A DNA stretch of 64,000 nucleotides from an uncultured Candidatus Saccharibacteria bacterium. Lineage in GTDB: Bacteria > Patescibacteriota > Minisyncoccia > Minisyncoccales > GBS-2. The stretch lies in NCBI GenBank assembly GCA_964593405.1, contig CAZQIO010000001.1, positions 2,263-66,262 on the forward strand, in the 5' to 3' direction. The position numbers were made by a program, and so were the translations under genes. Shown piece after piece: positions 28,324 to 37,179 of this stretch; position 1 is the stretch's first letter; each line of letters opens with the position of its first letter. The notes under the pieces were generated by a model. That model was not told where the DNA came from. It was given only the letters and a program-made list of their open reading frames with translations, and did not search any database.

Positions 28324-28872
28324 ATGATTTTCACTCAACTAGATCTTAAATTACTATTGTTACTTCAGAATTTTCATAACAAGTTTTTGGATTATTTGAG
28401 TTTAGGAATTAGCTGGATTACCGAGGGAGGTTTTATTTGGTTTTTTATTTGTGGGTTAATTTTTCTTTTTGAGAAAAAAGAGAAAAAAAGGAAAATTTTT
28501 TTAATTTTATCAGTGCTTTTGCTGAGTGATTGGCTGGTTAATATTCCTTTCAAGATGATTCTTTTTTGTCGAGAAAGGCCATATAAGGTTATTCCAGGAA
28601 TTAGAGTGATTGGCAAAATCTGGGAAAATTGTTCTTTTCCCTCCGGTCATTTGGCCGTTTCAACGGCCGCTGTTTTGATTATTGGTTATTTGTTCCATTT
28701 AAGAAAAGGCTGGTTTATTTTTTCTTCAATTAGCTTTCTCTTTCTTTTGTCTTTTGCCAGGATGTATGTTGGCATGCATTATCTGAGCGATATTTTAGGA
28801 GGAATAGTTATTGGAGTTATTTCCGCGCTTATCATTATCTATTTTGATAAGCAGATTAACTGGAAATTCTGA
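28324..28872 (+). CDS. PAP2-family membrane phosphatase
   Basis: CRERPY, PSGH, and ARMYVGMHYLSDILGG (R-x5-H-x3-D) motifs. Multiple TM helices. Confidence 0.7.
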   Translation: MIFTQLDLKLLLLLQNFHNKFLDYLSLGISWITEGGFIWFFICGLIFLFEKKEKKRKIFLILSVLLLSDWLVNIPFKMILFCRERPYKVIPGIRVIGKIWENCSFPSGHLAVSTAAVLIIGYLFHLRKGWFIFSSISFLFLLSFARMYVGMHYLSDILGGIVIGVISALIIIYFDKQINWKF

Positions 28873-28912
28873 AGTTAAGATAAAACTTCGACAATTTCTT
28901 TTTTGCCGAGTT
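28873..28912 (+). terminator. possible intrinsic terminator after the PAP2 gene
   Basis: GAAGTT-aagataaa-AACTTC hairpin followed by a T-rich run (TTTCTTTTTTG). Confidence 0.25.
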
Positions 28913-28924
28913 TTTATTTTCATT

Positions 28925-28970
28925 TTATAATGGATTAATGCGCTTTACCGTTTCAACAAAAGGATTCGTT
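28925..28970 (+). repeat. remnant copy B of the yjbQ promoter-proximal 5' end
   Basis: TATAATggatTAATGCGCTTTACCGTTTCAACAAAAGGATT matches the first ~30 nt of yjbQ (41041-41070), then diverges. Confidence 0.55.
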
Positions 28971-29154
28971 GTGAAAACACCAGAATACTCGTTAAAATAA
29001 GACTTCCTCCAAGGAGCGAAATGACCAAGAAAAAGCTGGCAGTTAAGGCTTAATTTTTAATGGGATGTCATCCATATTTTTTGGCATCATGGACAATATC
29101 CCAGCAAATGGCTTAAATTTGAGCTGGAAGTAATGATATAACTGGGTTTTAAGT

Positions 29155-30103
29155 TTGGAAATCACTTCAATCGCAGAACAGTTATTATTCACCGGCGTCA
29201 GGATAGAAAGTATAGTGGTCGAAAATAAACGAAAAATCGGGACAGGTTTTATTCTTGATTACAGAATGGAGGGCAAAAGCTATCCGTTCATCATAACAGC
29301 AAAGCATATTATTAGCGGAGCCGAAGAAGGAGTATTAACTTTTATTAAAGGCAAAAGAAACATACCGCTTCTTGGAGAGGGTTATCAGTTAAAAATTAAG
29401 GATTTTGAGAAAATTTAGTTTAAGCATCCAAGTGAAAACATTGATGTAGCAGTATCACCTTTTGTTCCTATTCTTAACCATATTGCAAATCAAGAAATCC
29501 AAGTATTTTTTAAATCAATACCTAGCGATTTGATTCCCAAAAATGCACAACTAAAGGAATTTGACGCGATAGAGGATATTCTCTTTATTAGGTTATCCCA
29601 TCGGACTATGGGATGAGAAAAATCTTCTTCTTATTGTAAGAAGAGGTATTACCGCAACTCTAGTATTTGTAAACTTTAATGGTGAAAGGCAATTTTTAAT
29701 CGACGCTTCTATCTTTCCGGGTTCTAGTGGAAGCCCTGTTTTTATTTATGACAGAGGAATTTATTGGAACAAAAAGTCAGAAGCTACGGTTGGTGGTCAC
29801 AGAATCTTCCTTTTAGGAATTCTTTCAGCTGTTTTTCGGATGCCCGATAGAGGAGAATTGATCTTTCCAAGCGAACGAATACACACCCTTACAGAGCATG
29901 GCGAAGCAGTGTTTTTTACGAATGAAAAAGTGAGGATTAAAGTAAATCAACTAGCAGACTTAGGAATAGTTTTTAAATCAGAGATAATAATTGAAACTAT
30001 AAACAAGTTTCTGAAAGGAAACGTAATGCATGCCTATGGCGCTCCACAATATTTCGCATACATAATCGATAAACACTTACATAATAGCCTCCTAATCCTC
30101 TGA
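29155..30103 (+). pseudogene. trypsin-like (S1/Trypsin_2) serine protease, disrupted by an in-frame TAG (29416-18) and a frameshift near 29590
   Basis: Catalytic triad segments lie in three frames or pieces: ITAKHII (His), NIDVAVS (Asp), and IDASIFPGSSGSPVF (Ser, GxSGxP). Confidence 0.6.
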
Positions 30104-30273
30104 ATACAAATCATGGAACCATGAATAATATCTCACCGAGTGAATTAAGTTTGAACTGGAAGTAAAAGTGTGATGTTATAGCAGCATCTTTTAGCATAGA
30201 AAGAGATGATTAAATAGCTAACTAAAAAATTATTCTTCTTTAACTGTCTCCTTAACATAAGCGATTTTGGGTT

Positions 30274-30471
30274 TTATTGTTTCTTTTCTTTCTTCTTTAC
30301 AAGCCAGTAGACTATTCCAGCGATTATCCAGCATATTATCGTGCTTATTGGCGTGGAGGAACAGTGAGCGTAGTGGCCTAGCAGGCAGGATCTACTTGCG
30401 GGGGCGGGGATTAATGTTGAAACCCCTAAAACAATAAATATTACTATTAGAACCCAGTGATACCCCTTCAA
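30274..30471 (-). CDS. small two-TM membrane protein (hypothetical)
   Basis: 65-aa ORF with two hydrophobic helices and a Lys-rich tail. Confidence 0.25.
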   Translation of the reverse strand: MKGYHWVLIVIFIVLGVSTLIPAPASRSCLLGHYAHCSSTPISTIICWIIAGIVYWLVKKKEKKQ

Positions 30472-30866
30472 TAAATTTTCCTCCTATATATCGGATGTTA
30501 TTATTTTAACTCAAGATGTTTATAAAATTTTGGATGATAACAAGGATTAAATCTGCATTTCTCACACCTTTTAATGGAGTTGGTATAATGCCGCGGAATG
30601 CTCAAAGGTTATTGATAAGATTCTAGAGATGTTGATGGATGAAACGCTACCCTCAAAGAGAAAATAGAGAGATGGAATAATCTTTCAGAGAAGTTTGCCG
30701 AGTGCATAGGTGGGCGTTTAAAGGAGTTAGTAAAGGAAATGAAGATAACTGAATTAGAGGTGCAGAAGCTAGCTCAGGAAATTTTAGAAGAAGCAACCAT
30801 ATACGCTAAACATCATCGTGAAAATTAATAGTTTATCAATTTTAAGAATAAAAGCCTGAATAAAAT

Positions 30867-31795
30867 TCAATTTAAAACTTTAAGCCCAGCCTTATCATAG
30901 ATTTCCTTCAGTTTCTCTGGGCTGAAATCCGTATAATGTCTTGCAAGTACGCTTCTTGGAACCCTTCCGCAGAAGGCATCAACATATCTGTCCGGGACGC
31001 CTAGTTTTCCCATTTCGCAGGCAAACCATTCCCTCAATATTTGAGGCGTAATGCTTAAACCAGTTTTCATTCTGGCATCGAGGAATATCCTGTGCTTTTC
31101 GTTCGTCTTCATCGGGAAGAGTTTATCGCTCTTTTTTAGCCTAATCTTTAGTCATTCCTTTAAAGGTTTTTCAGCCTCTTCGTTGTAGAAGGTTATGTAG
31201 CTTCTTTTTGTTCTGGAATTATGTCGGGGAAATATCGTTCTCTTTTCAAAATCGATGTCGCTTAGCTTCAACTTTAGGGCTTCGCTTCTCCTTAATCCAG
31301 AGGAAGCTAATAAAAGAAAGATCGCCTTTTCTCTTAAATCCTTCAAGGCTTGGTAAAATCTTTGAAGCTCTTCTTTTGAAGGGACCTTTTTAATCGTTGG
31401 GCTTGGATTTGGGAATTTGAAGCTTGGACCAAGTCTGGCCTTCCTAAGAAATCTCTGAAAAACCTCTACAAAGCCTTCAACATGTTGGCATAGCTATACG
31501 GATTTCCATCCCTCAAAGTTAAAAGGAAACTCCTAATATCTCCAACGCTCGGGAAGTCAATGCCATTTTTCTCTATCCAAGCCAAAAACTTCCGCACATT
31601 GTAGATGTGTTGCCCCACCGTCTGTTTCGAAAGCTGAAGGTTAACCAAGCAAAATTCTGCGAATTTCCTCAGCACTTCCTGGAAATCAGATATTCTCTCA
31701 AAGTTATTCTCCTCATTCTCCATTCTCCCTTCAAATTGTCCCAATTTGAATTCTAAGCCATCTTTGAGCCTGTCACGCTGAGGACCCGGGTTCAA
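30867..31795 (-). pseudogene. tyrosine recombinase/integrase (XerC/D-phage integrase family), one frameshift (~31470-31495) and one in-frame TGA (31152-54)
   Basis: N-terminal SAM-like domain (ISDFQEVLRKFAEFCLVNLQLSKQTVGQHIYNVRKFLAW). Catalytic box I LLLASSGLRRSEALKLKLSDID. Box II ITPQILREWFA...RSVLARHYTD with the Tyr. Pieces 2 and 3 are in the same frame across the TGA. Confidence 0.75.
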
Positions 31796-31813
31796 ATCCC
31801 GGCGGCCACACCA
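31786..31813 (+). other. orphan tRNA 3' fragment (T arm + acceptor 3' strand + CCA): candidate att core
   Basis: CCGGG-TTCAAAT-CCCGG, then CGGCCAC, then A-CCA. No complementary 5' acceptor strand (GTGGCCG) lies upstream. Abuts the integrase N-terminus. Confidence 0.55.
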
Positions 31814-32061
31814 TTCATCACTGTTTTTTTGTCTCCTTTTTTCCGTAAAGAGGTCTTAATTGTTTTATTGCCATTTTCAAAGCATTTTCACAAGTCCTTG
31901 AAATATTCAAGCCCAATTCCCTTGCCTCTTTAACAACATCCTCGTCGATATAGATGGTTACACTTATTTGCTTACCCAATTTTATTTGCCTCCATTTGGA
32001 ATTATGTGGAAATCAAATTTAAGGATTTCGCATGCAAAGCCATGCGCCCTGAGGATGGAGA

Positions 32062-32859
32062 ATGGCGATGGCGAGAATAGTGAGAATAAAGTTGTATAAG
32101 AATTCTCTAGGAAATTTTTATGAAGAGGAGAAAGAGATGTCAGAGGCTGTTGCGCCGAGAAGGTTTGTCATTCCGAGGCTTTTGGCTTGGGTTATGGTTT
32201 TTGCTGGAATAGGCATATTCGTTATCGGTATTCCATTTCTTATGTATAGCCTTTTCATGTTTAGTTTTGTTAGGCGCTTCGACCCTACCGGCATTATCCT
32301 GATGATCGTTGGTGCAATCGTCTTTTACGTTGGATACAAAAATACGGGCTTTATACTGACTAAGGAAGAGATAGTAGATAGGTGGAGCGTTTTAGTTGAG
32401 AACGGCAAGGGAAAGGCAAACGAGATCTTCGATGATACCGAAGGCTTCATTAGGAAAAGCCAAGCTCCAAGGATTGCTGTCGAAAGGAGGGAAATTGTCC
32501 CTACGATAACAAAGGACATCCTGGGCGTGAGGAGAAGGTTTTTGGTCGTTACTAAACTTGAGAATCCAAAGCTTTTGAATTACAAGACCTTCATTTGCGC
32601 TAGGGATTATGGAAACAACCTCGATGTTTCGTGGTATTTAACGTATAAAATGGGCTTTTTCGAAGCTTTATTGAACCTATTATTTCTCAGAGGAAGATTT
32701 GTTCCAAAACTTGACTTGTTCGACGAGCAGGATTTAAGAGCTTATATGACAAACGTCCATCACTGCCTTTTAAAAGCCGTTGAATCTTTAATGAAGAGCT
32801 TGGGGCAAGACTTTTCTAAGGTTGACAGAAAATCTATAGGTTTCTTGGGCGTTAGTTGA
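32062..32859 (+). CDS. membrane protein (two N-terminal TM helices + ~180-aa soluble domain), hypothetical
   Basis: Hydrophobic segments LLAWVMVFAGIGIFVIGIPFLMYSLFMF and GIILMIVGAIVFYVGY. 4-nt overlap with the downstream ATPase. Confidence 0.4.
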   Translation: MAMARIVRIKLYKNSLGNFYEEEKEMSEAVAPRRFVIPRLLAWVMVFAGIGIFVIGIPFLMYSLFMFSFVRRFDPTGIILMIVGAIVFYVGYKNTGFILTKEEIVDRWSVLVENGKGKANEIFDDTEGFIRKSQAPRIAVERREIVPTITKDILGVRRRFLVVTKLENPKLLNYKTFICARDYGNNLDVSWYLTYKMGFFEALLNLLFLRGRFVPKLDLFDEQDLRAYMTNVHHCLLKAVESLMKSLGQDFSKVDRKSIGFLGVS

Positions 32860-34142
32860 TGGGAATTCTTGATAGGCTGCTTAGGCGGAAAAAGAAGGAA
32901 AAAGAGGAGGTTGAAGTAGAGGAGAAAGTCGAAGAAGCTCCAGTCGAAGTTGACGAGGGAAATGTTGTAAACATTGGCTGGTATTGGTCTGAGCAAAAGC
33001 AAGAGTGGCAGATGGCAAAGATTAAAGAGGAGGATAGGAAAGTTCACTTTTACGTTGTCGGTGCCTCTAGAACTGGAAAGTCAAAGTTCCTTGAGTTTTT
33101 GATTAGACAAGACATTGAAAAGGGAAATGGCTTCGGAGTAATCGACCCTCACAGGGATTTGATTGATGATATTAAGGCTTATCTAACATTAGCCCTGCCG
33201 AAAGAGGAGTTGGAAGAGAGAGTTGTAGTAATAGACCCAACAGATGAGAGGTATACCGTCGCCTTCAACCCTCTTGAGAAGATCAAGAAAATGTTATCTG
33301 CCGAGATAGCAGCCGAGCTCGTCGAAGCCTTCAAGAAGATTTGGGATTATGGGAGCGCCATCGAAACTTACGGTTGGGGTGCTAGGATGGAGGATTTGCT
33401 TAGGAACTCGCAAATAGCCCTAATAGAGGCTGGACTCACGCTATGCGACCTACCACGTTTTCTAATAGAGGATGACTTTAGGGAGAACGTCTTGGAGAGG
33501 GTTGAGCATCCAATAGCAAAGAGGTATTTCCAGAGGTTTAATGCCTTAGCCCCAAAAACGAGAGAGGAATGGATGGAATCTACACTGAACAAAGTCAATG
33601 CTTTTTTATCAGATGATAGGATCAGGGAGATATTCTCATTCCAAAAATCTTCTTTCAATTTCAGGGAGATAATGGATAATAAGAAGATTTTGTTAATTAA
33701 GCTTGATAAGGGAAGGCTGAAAGAAAATGCCGACTTGCTGGGTGCGCTATTGATGACGAAGATCAGGATGGCTGCGTTCTCGAGGTCAAACGTTCTAAAA
33801 GAGAAAAGAGTCCCATTCTACCTTTACATTGACGAGTTTCAAAACTTTGCAACCAAAACATTCATTGAAACTCTGAGCGAGGCTAGAAAATATGGCTTAT
33901 CACTTATAATGGCCCATCAGAATCTTTCTCAGTTGCCGAAGGAATTGCAAGATTCAATTTTAACTAACTGCGGAATCCAATGTTACTTCAAGGTCTGTAG
34001 AAGAGATGCTGAAATATTAGCTAAAGAAGCTTTTGAGACGAGTGGTGTTGAGGTAAAAGCAGTAAAACTTTCGAGGGAGTACTCTGATTACGATTGGTTC
34101 ACATATTCAGAGGATTGGGAAAAGTACATTCAAGAGCTATAG
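32856..34142 (+). CDS. FtsK/HerA/TraG(VirD4)-superfamily P-loop ATPase (DUF87-like), no TM segment
   Basis: Walker A VVGASRTGKS. Walker B LYIDEFQNF. C-terminal RKYGLSLIMAHQNLSQLP signature shared by T4 coupling proteins and HerA. Confidence 0.6.
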   Translation: MMGILDRLLRRKKKEKEEVEVEEKVEEAPVEVDEGNVVNIGWYWSEQKQEWQMAKIKEEDRKVHFYVVGASRTGKSKFLEFLIRQDIEKGNGFGVIDPHRDLIDDIKAYLTLALPKEELEERVVVIDPTDERYTVAFNPLEKIKKMLSAEIAAELVEAFKKIWDYGSAIETYGWGARMEDLLRNSQIALIEAGLTLCDLPRFLIEDDFRENVLERVEHPIAKRYFQRFNALAPKTREEWMESTLNKVNAFLSDDRIREIFSFQKSSFNFREIMDNKKILLIKLDKGRLKENADLLGALLMTKIRMAAFSRSNVLKEKRVPFYLYIDEFQNFATKTFIETLSEARKYGLSLIMAHQNLSQLPKELQDSILTNCGIQCYFKVCRRDAEILAKEAFETSGVEVKAVKLSREYSDYDWFTYSEDWEKYIQEL

Positions 34143-34194
34143 CAGTTGCCAAACAGATGTTTTTGGGCAAAACACAAAATTGAAGGTGGTGTAA

Positions 34195-35103
34195 TTCCAC
34201 TGTACACTGTGGGAAATTAGGCAAGCTTATGAGGAGTTCGGTGTAGAGAAAGAGGTTCAGGATAAAATTCTGAGTGAAGTTGTCTTCAGTAAAAGGTATC
34301 TTTTAGAGAGAAAGCCCAAGGAAGTTGAAAAGAAGGTTAAGGAAAAGTCTAGTGAGGAAGAGAAGCTCACAGCCTTAGAGGAAATTATTGCAACATTAAC
34401 ACCTTTTGAGAAGGCGATTCTATGGGCTATAGGTGTTGGAAACTACAATTCAGCAGACATATACGAAGAGGCGAATAAGAAACTCAAAGAATGGGGTTGC
34501 TCAACCAGAAAATACTCAGAGTTTAAGAAGAAGTTTTATGAGTTTGCCAAACTACCTAAAGAGGGAGGTAAAGGATTAATAGAGTTTAGAAAGCTTGGCA
34601 GGAGCTTTTGCTATTGGCTAAGTAAGTGGGGAGAAATTGCATTTGCTGAAAAGTTTGGAATACCTTCTGATAGGGCGATAAACGAGCTTGGAGGTGGAAG
34701 AAAGCCATCAAAAACCGTAGCCTTGGAAGTCATAAAGGAGTGGCTTGAACCAAATGGATACAAGGTTAAGGCTGAGGAGGAAATAAAAACCGATTTGACC
34801 GAGAGAGGCAGAGGCTACACTGATTGGGTTGCCGAGAAAAATGGTGAAGTTTTGAGGATTGAGATTGAGCATAGAAGCCAAAAAGAGCAAGTGGAGAGGA
34901 ATATAAGGAAGAACTTAGAGTACTCAGATACACTCTACATCATAGCGAGCGATGAAACGGCGAAAAGAAAAGTTATTCAAGTTGCTTTGAGAACATTATT
35001 TAGGCTGAGGAAAGAAAAACCCGATGAAAAATGTGTGGTGAAGGTAGCTGACATTGAAGAACTGAAAAGGAATAGTTGGAATAAGTGGTTCGAGATAAAA
35101 TGA
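34195..35103 (+). CDS. winged-helix + PD-(D/E)xK nuclease-like protein; open frame of ~300 codons with no ATG/GTG/TTG before 34723
   Basis: Frame opens after the TAA at 34192-94. C-terminal GYTDWVAEKNGEVLRIEIEHRS resembles a PD-(D/E)xK core. The track only reports the TTG at 34723. Start lost, or non-canonical. Confidence 0.4.
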   Translation, partial: FHCTLWEIRQAYEEFGVEKEVQDKILSEVVFSKRYLLERKPKEVEKKVKEKSSEEEKLTALEEIIATLTPFEKAILWAIGVGNYNSADIYEEANKKLKEWGCSTRKYSEFKKKFYEFAKLPKEGGKGLIEFRKLGRSFCYWLSKWGEIAFAEKFGIPSDRAINELGGGRKPSKTVALEVIKEWLEPNGYKVKAEEEIKTDLTERGRGYTDWVAEKNGEVLRIEIEHRSQKEQVERNIRKNLEYSDTLYIIASDETAKRKVIQVALRTLFRLRKEKPDEKCVVKVADIEELKRNSWNKWFEIK

Positions 35104-35152
35104 AGGAAAACCTTATATGAGGAAAATCCACCTTTTCTATAAGTGAGAAAAA

Positions 35153-35518
35153 TTGGAGCGTTCAACTAGGAAATATAAGGCAACAAAGTTACCCGTTGAA
35201 GTATTTGATGAAGCCGAGTTAGTGAAAGCTAAGCTAATTATGAATAGGGAGGCTTTAAAGAAGCTTCCTTCAGAGGGTGCGAACCCAGCTAAATGTCCCC
35301 TTGGCGGTAATGATTTGAGGGTTGCCGAAGTTAAAGTGGCGGTAAAAATGGTCTCGTGTCAACGTTGCGGTTACAAACAACCGTCCCTAGACGTATCCAG
35401 CATTGGAAACGATCCTGCGGCAATCGCTGGAGCGTTAGGTCTGGGAGTTCTAGCGGGTCTCGGTATAGCTGCATTGCTATATTTAATATTTAGCGGTGAA
35501 AAGAATGAGCGAAGTTAG
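35153..35518 (+). CDS. small Zn-ribbon protein with C-terminal TM anchor (hypothetical)
   Basis: CPLGG...CQRCGY (two CxxC-like pairs), then AAIAGALGLGVLAGLGIAALLYLIF. The 35153 start is TTG; the first ATG is at 35240. Confidence 0.35.
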   Translation: MERSTRKYKATKLPVEVFDEAELVKAKLIMNREALKKLPSEGANPAKCPLGGNDLRVAEVKVAVKMVSCQRCGYKQPSLDVSSIGNDPAAIAGALGLGVLAGLGIAALLYLIFSGEKNERS

Positions 35519-35895
35519 GATAAAAGTCCAGGCAGATTTGAATATCATTAAAGAATTACTGATAAGAGAGGGTTTTACGATCCGGGCATTTTGCAGACTT
35601 GGAAAGAAGGCCAGGTATTTGGATTAGCTAAGCCGTTAAATTATCTAATCGAAGTTCACGTTAGGGGTTTTGCGGATAATACTTTAGATGCCGAAATAGA
35701 GTTATCACGTGAATATCTAGAACATCCCTACGACGGGAAACCTTACTACGGTTTTCTAATCGAGAACTCTAACTAAGTGGAAACCCATGCTTTTTGTACT
35801 ATGTATCATTTGTGGAATATGTGGATTTTTTGCAGTTTTAGAAAGATTCGGCTCGAAGGATAATTCATTGACAAAATTAGAAGAGGAATGATACA

Positions 35896-37179
35896 ATGGA
35901 TAGAATGTTTGTGAGATTTTTATCAGAAATAAAGGAACCAAAAGCTTCAGAACTTGGAGGAAAAGGCTATTCATTAGCTGTTTTAATGAATAACGGATTT
36001 AACGTCCCGAAAGGCTTTGTCATAGTTTTAGATGCGTTCTTTGAGCATCTTAAAAAGAACGAATTGATGGAGAAAGTTAGAGAACTAGTAGCTAAAATCA
36101 ACGAGGGGAATTTTCAAAAAAAAAGCAGAGAAATTAAAGAGTTAATATTGAGCGGAGCAATACCTGAGGAAATTGCCTTAGAGGTAAAAAATGTCTTAAA
36201 TAAATTAAATGTTCAGTATGTTTCTGTTAGGTCATCTGCTGTTAGCGAGGATAGCTTAAAAGCTTCATCTGCGGGAATGCATGATACATTCTTGAATGTA
36301 AAATCAGAACCAAAACAGGTTTTAGAAAATGTGAAGAAGTGCTGGGCATCTTTATTCAATGAAAGAGCGATAATATACAGAATTAAGAAAAAGCTGCCTC
36401 ATTTAGAGGGAATGGCGGTTGTAGTTCAAGAAATGATACCAGCTGAGGTTTCTGGGGTCGCCTTTACTGCCCACCCAACGAACAAAAAGTTTTTACTTAT
36501 TGAGGCTTGCTATGGAATTGGTGATATGGTCGTGGGTGGTAAGGTGGAGCCAGATGATTATGTGGTGAATAGAGAAACTTTAGAAATAATAGAAAGAAAG
36601 ATTGGCAGGAAGGATAGAATGAGCGTTATTGAAAATGGAAAAATTAAAGTTATTGATGTCGAAAAGAAACTTGCTGAAAAACAGGTTTTATCTGATAATG
36701 AGATAAAAGAAATCGCTGAAACTTGCCTAAAAGTCGAAAAAACATTTAAATATCCTCAAGATATTGAGTGGTGTATCTCCAAAGATTTTATATGGATTCT
36801 ACAATCACGAACAATAACCGCGACATCATTGCTTATTGGAGAAAAAACAAAAATAAAACCGATTTTGAGCGGATTAGGAGCAAGCCCCGGTATAGTTAAA
36901 GGGAAAGTAAAAATTATTTTAAGTCCGAGGGAAGTTAATAAAATGAATGATGGTGAAATATTGGTTACTGTAATGACTAATCCACTATATGTTACTGCAA
37001 TACAAAAAGCCAAAGGAATAGTTACAGACGTTGGTGGCATACTTTCTCATGCAGCTATTGTAGCAAGGGAGCTTGGAATTCCTTGTGTAGTTGGAACTGA
37101 AAAAGCGACAAAAATACTGAAAGATAATATGGAGGTTATTGTAAATGGTACAGAGGGTAAAGTTTATGCACCAGACTGA
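35896..37179 (+). CDS. PEP-utilizing-enzyme family phosphotransferase (PPDK-N ATP-grasp + phosphohistidine 'mobile' domain, no PEP/pyruvate TIM barrel)
   Basis: ELGGKGYSLAVLMNNGFNVPKGFVI (PpsA N-terminus) and C-terminal GGILSHAAIVARELGIPCVVG with the swivel His. Confidence 0.7.
   Translation: MDRMFVRFLSEIKEPKASELGGKGYSLAVLMNNGFNVPKGFVIVLDAFFEHLKKNELMEKVRELVAKINEGNFQKKSREIKELILSGAIPEEIALEVKNVLNKLNVQYVSVRSSAVSEDSLKASSAGMHDTFLNVKSEPKQVLENVKKCWASLFNERAIIYRIKKKLPHLEGMAVVVQEMIPAEVSGVAFTAHPTNKKFLLIEACYGIGDMVVGGKVEPDDYVVNRETLEIIERKIGRKDRMSVIENGKIKVIDVEKKLAEKQVLSDNEIKEIAETCLKVEKTFKYPQDIEWCISKDFIWILQSRTITATSLLIGEKTKIKPILSGLGASPGIVKGKVKIILSPREVNKMNDGEILVTVMTNPLYVTAIQKAKGIVTDVGGILSHAAIVARELGIPCVVGTEKATKILKDNMEVIVNGTEGKVYAPD

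Noticed and set aside
29155-31795. Stop-codon reassignment (TGA or TAG sense) in the island, from in-frame TAG (protease) and TGA (integrase)
   Set aside because: Two different stop codons are involved, each once. Both genes also need a frameshift, and island genes such as 32062..32859 terminate with ordinary TGA. Pseudogenization explains the pattern more simply.
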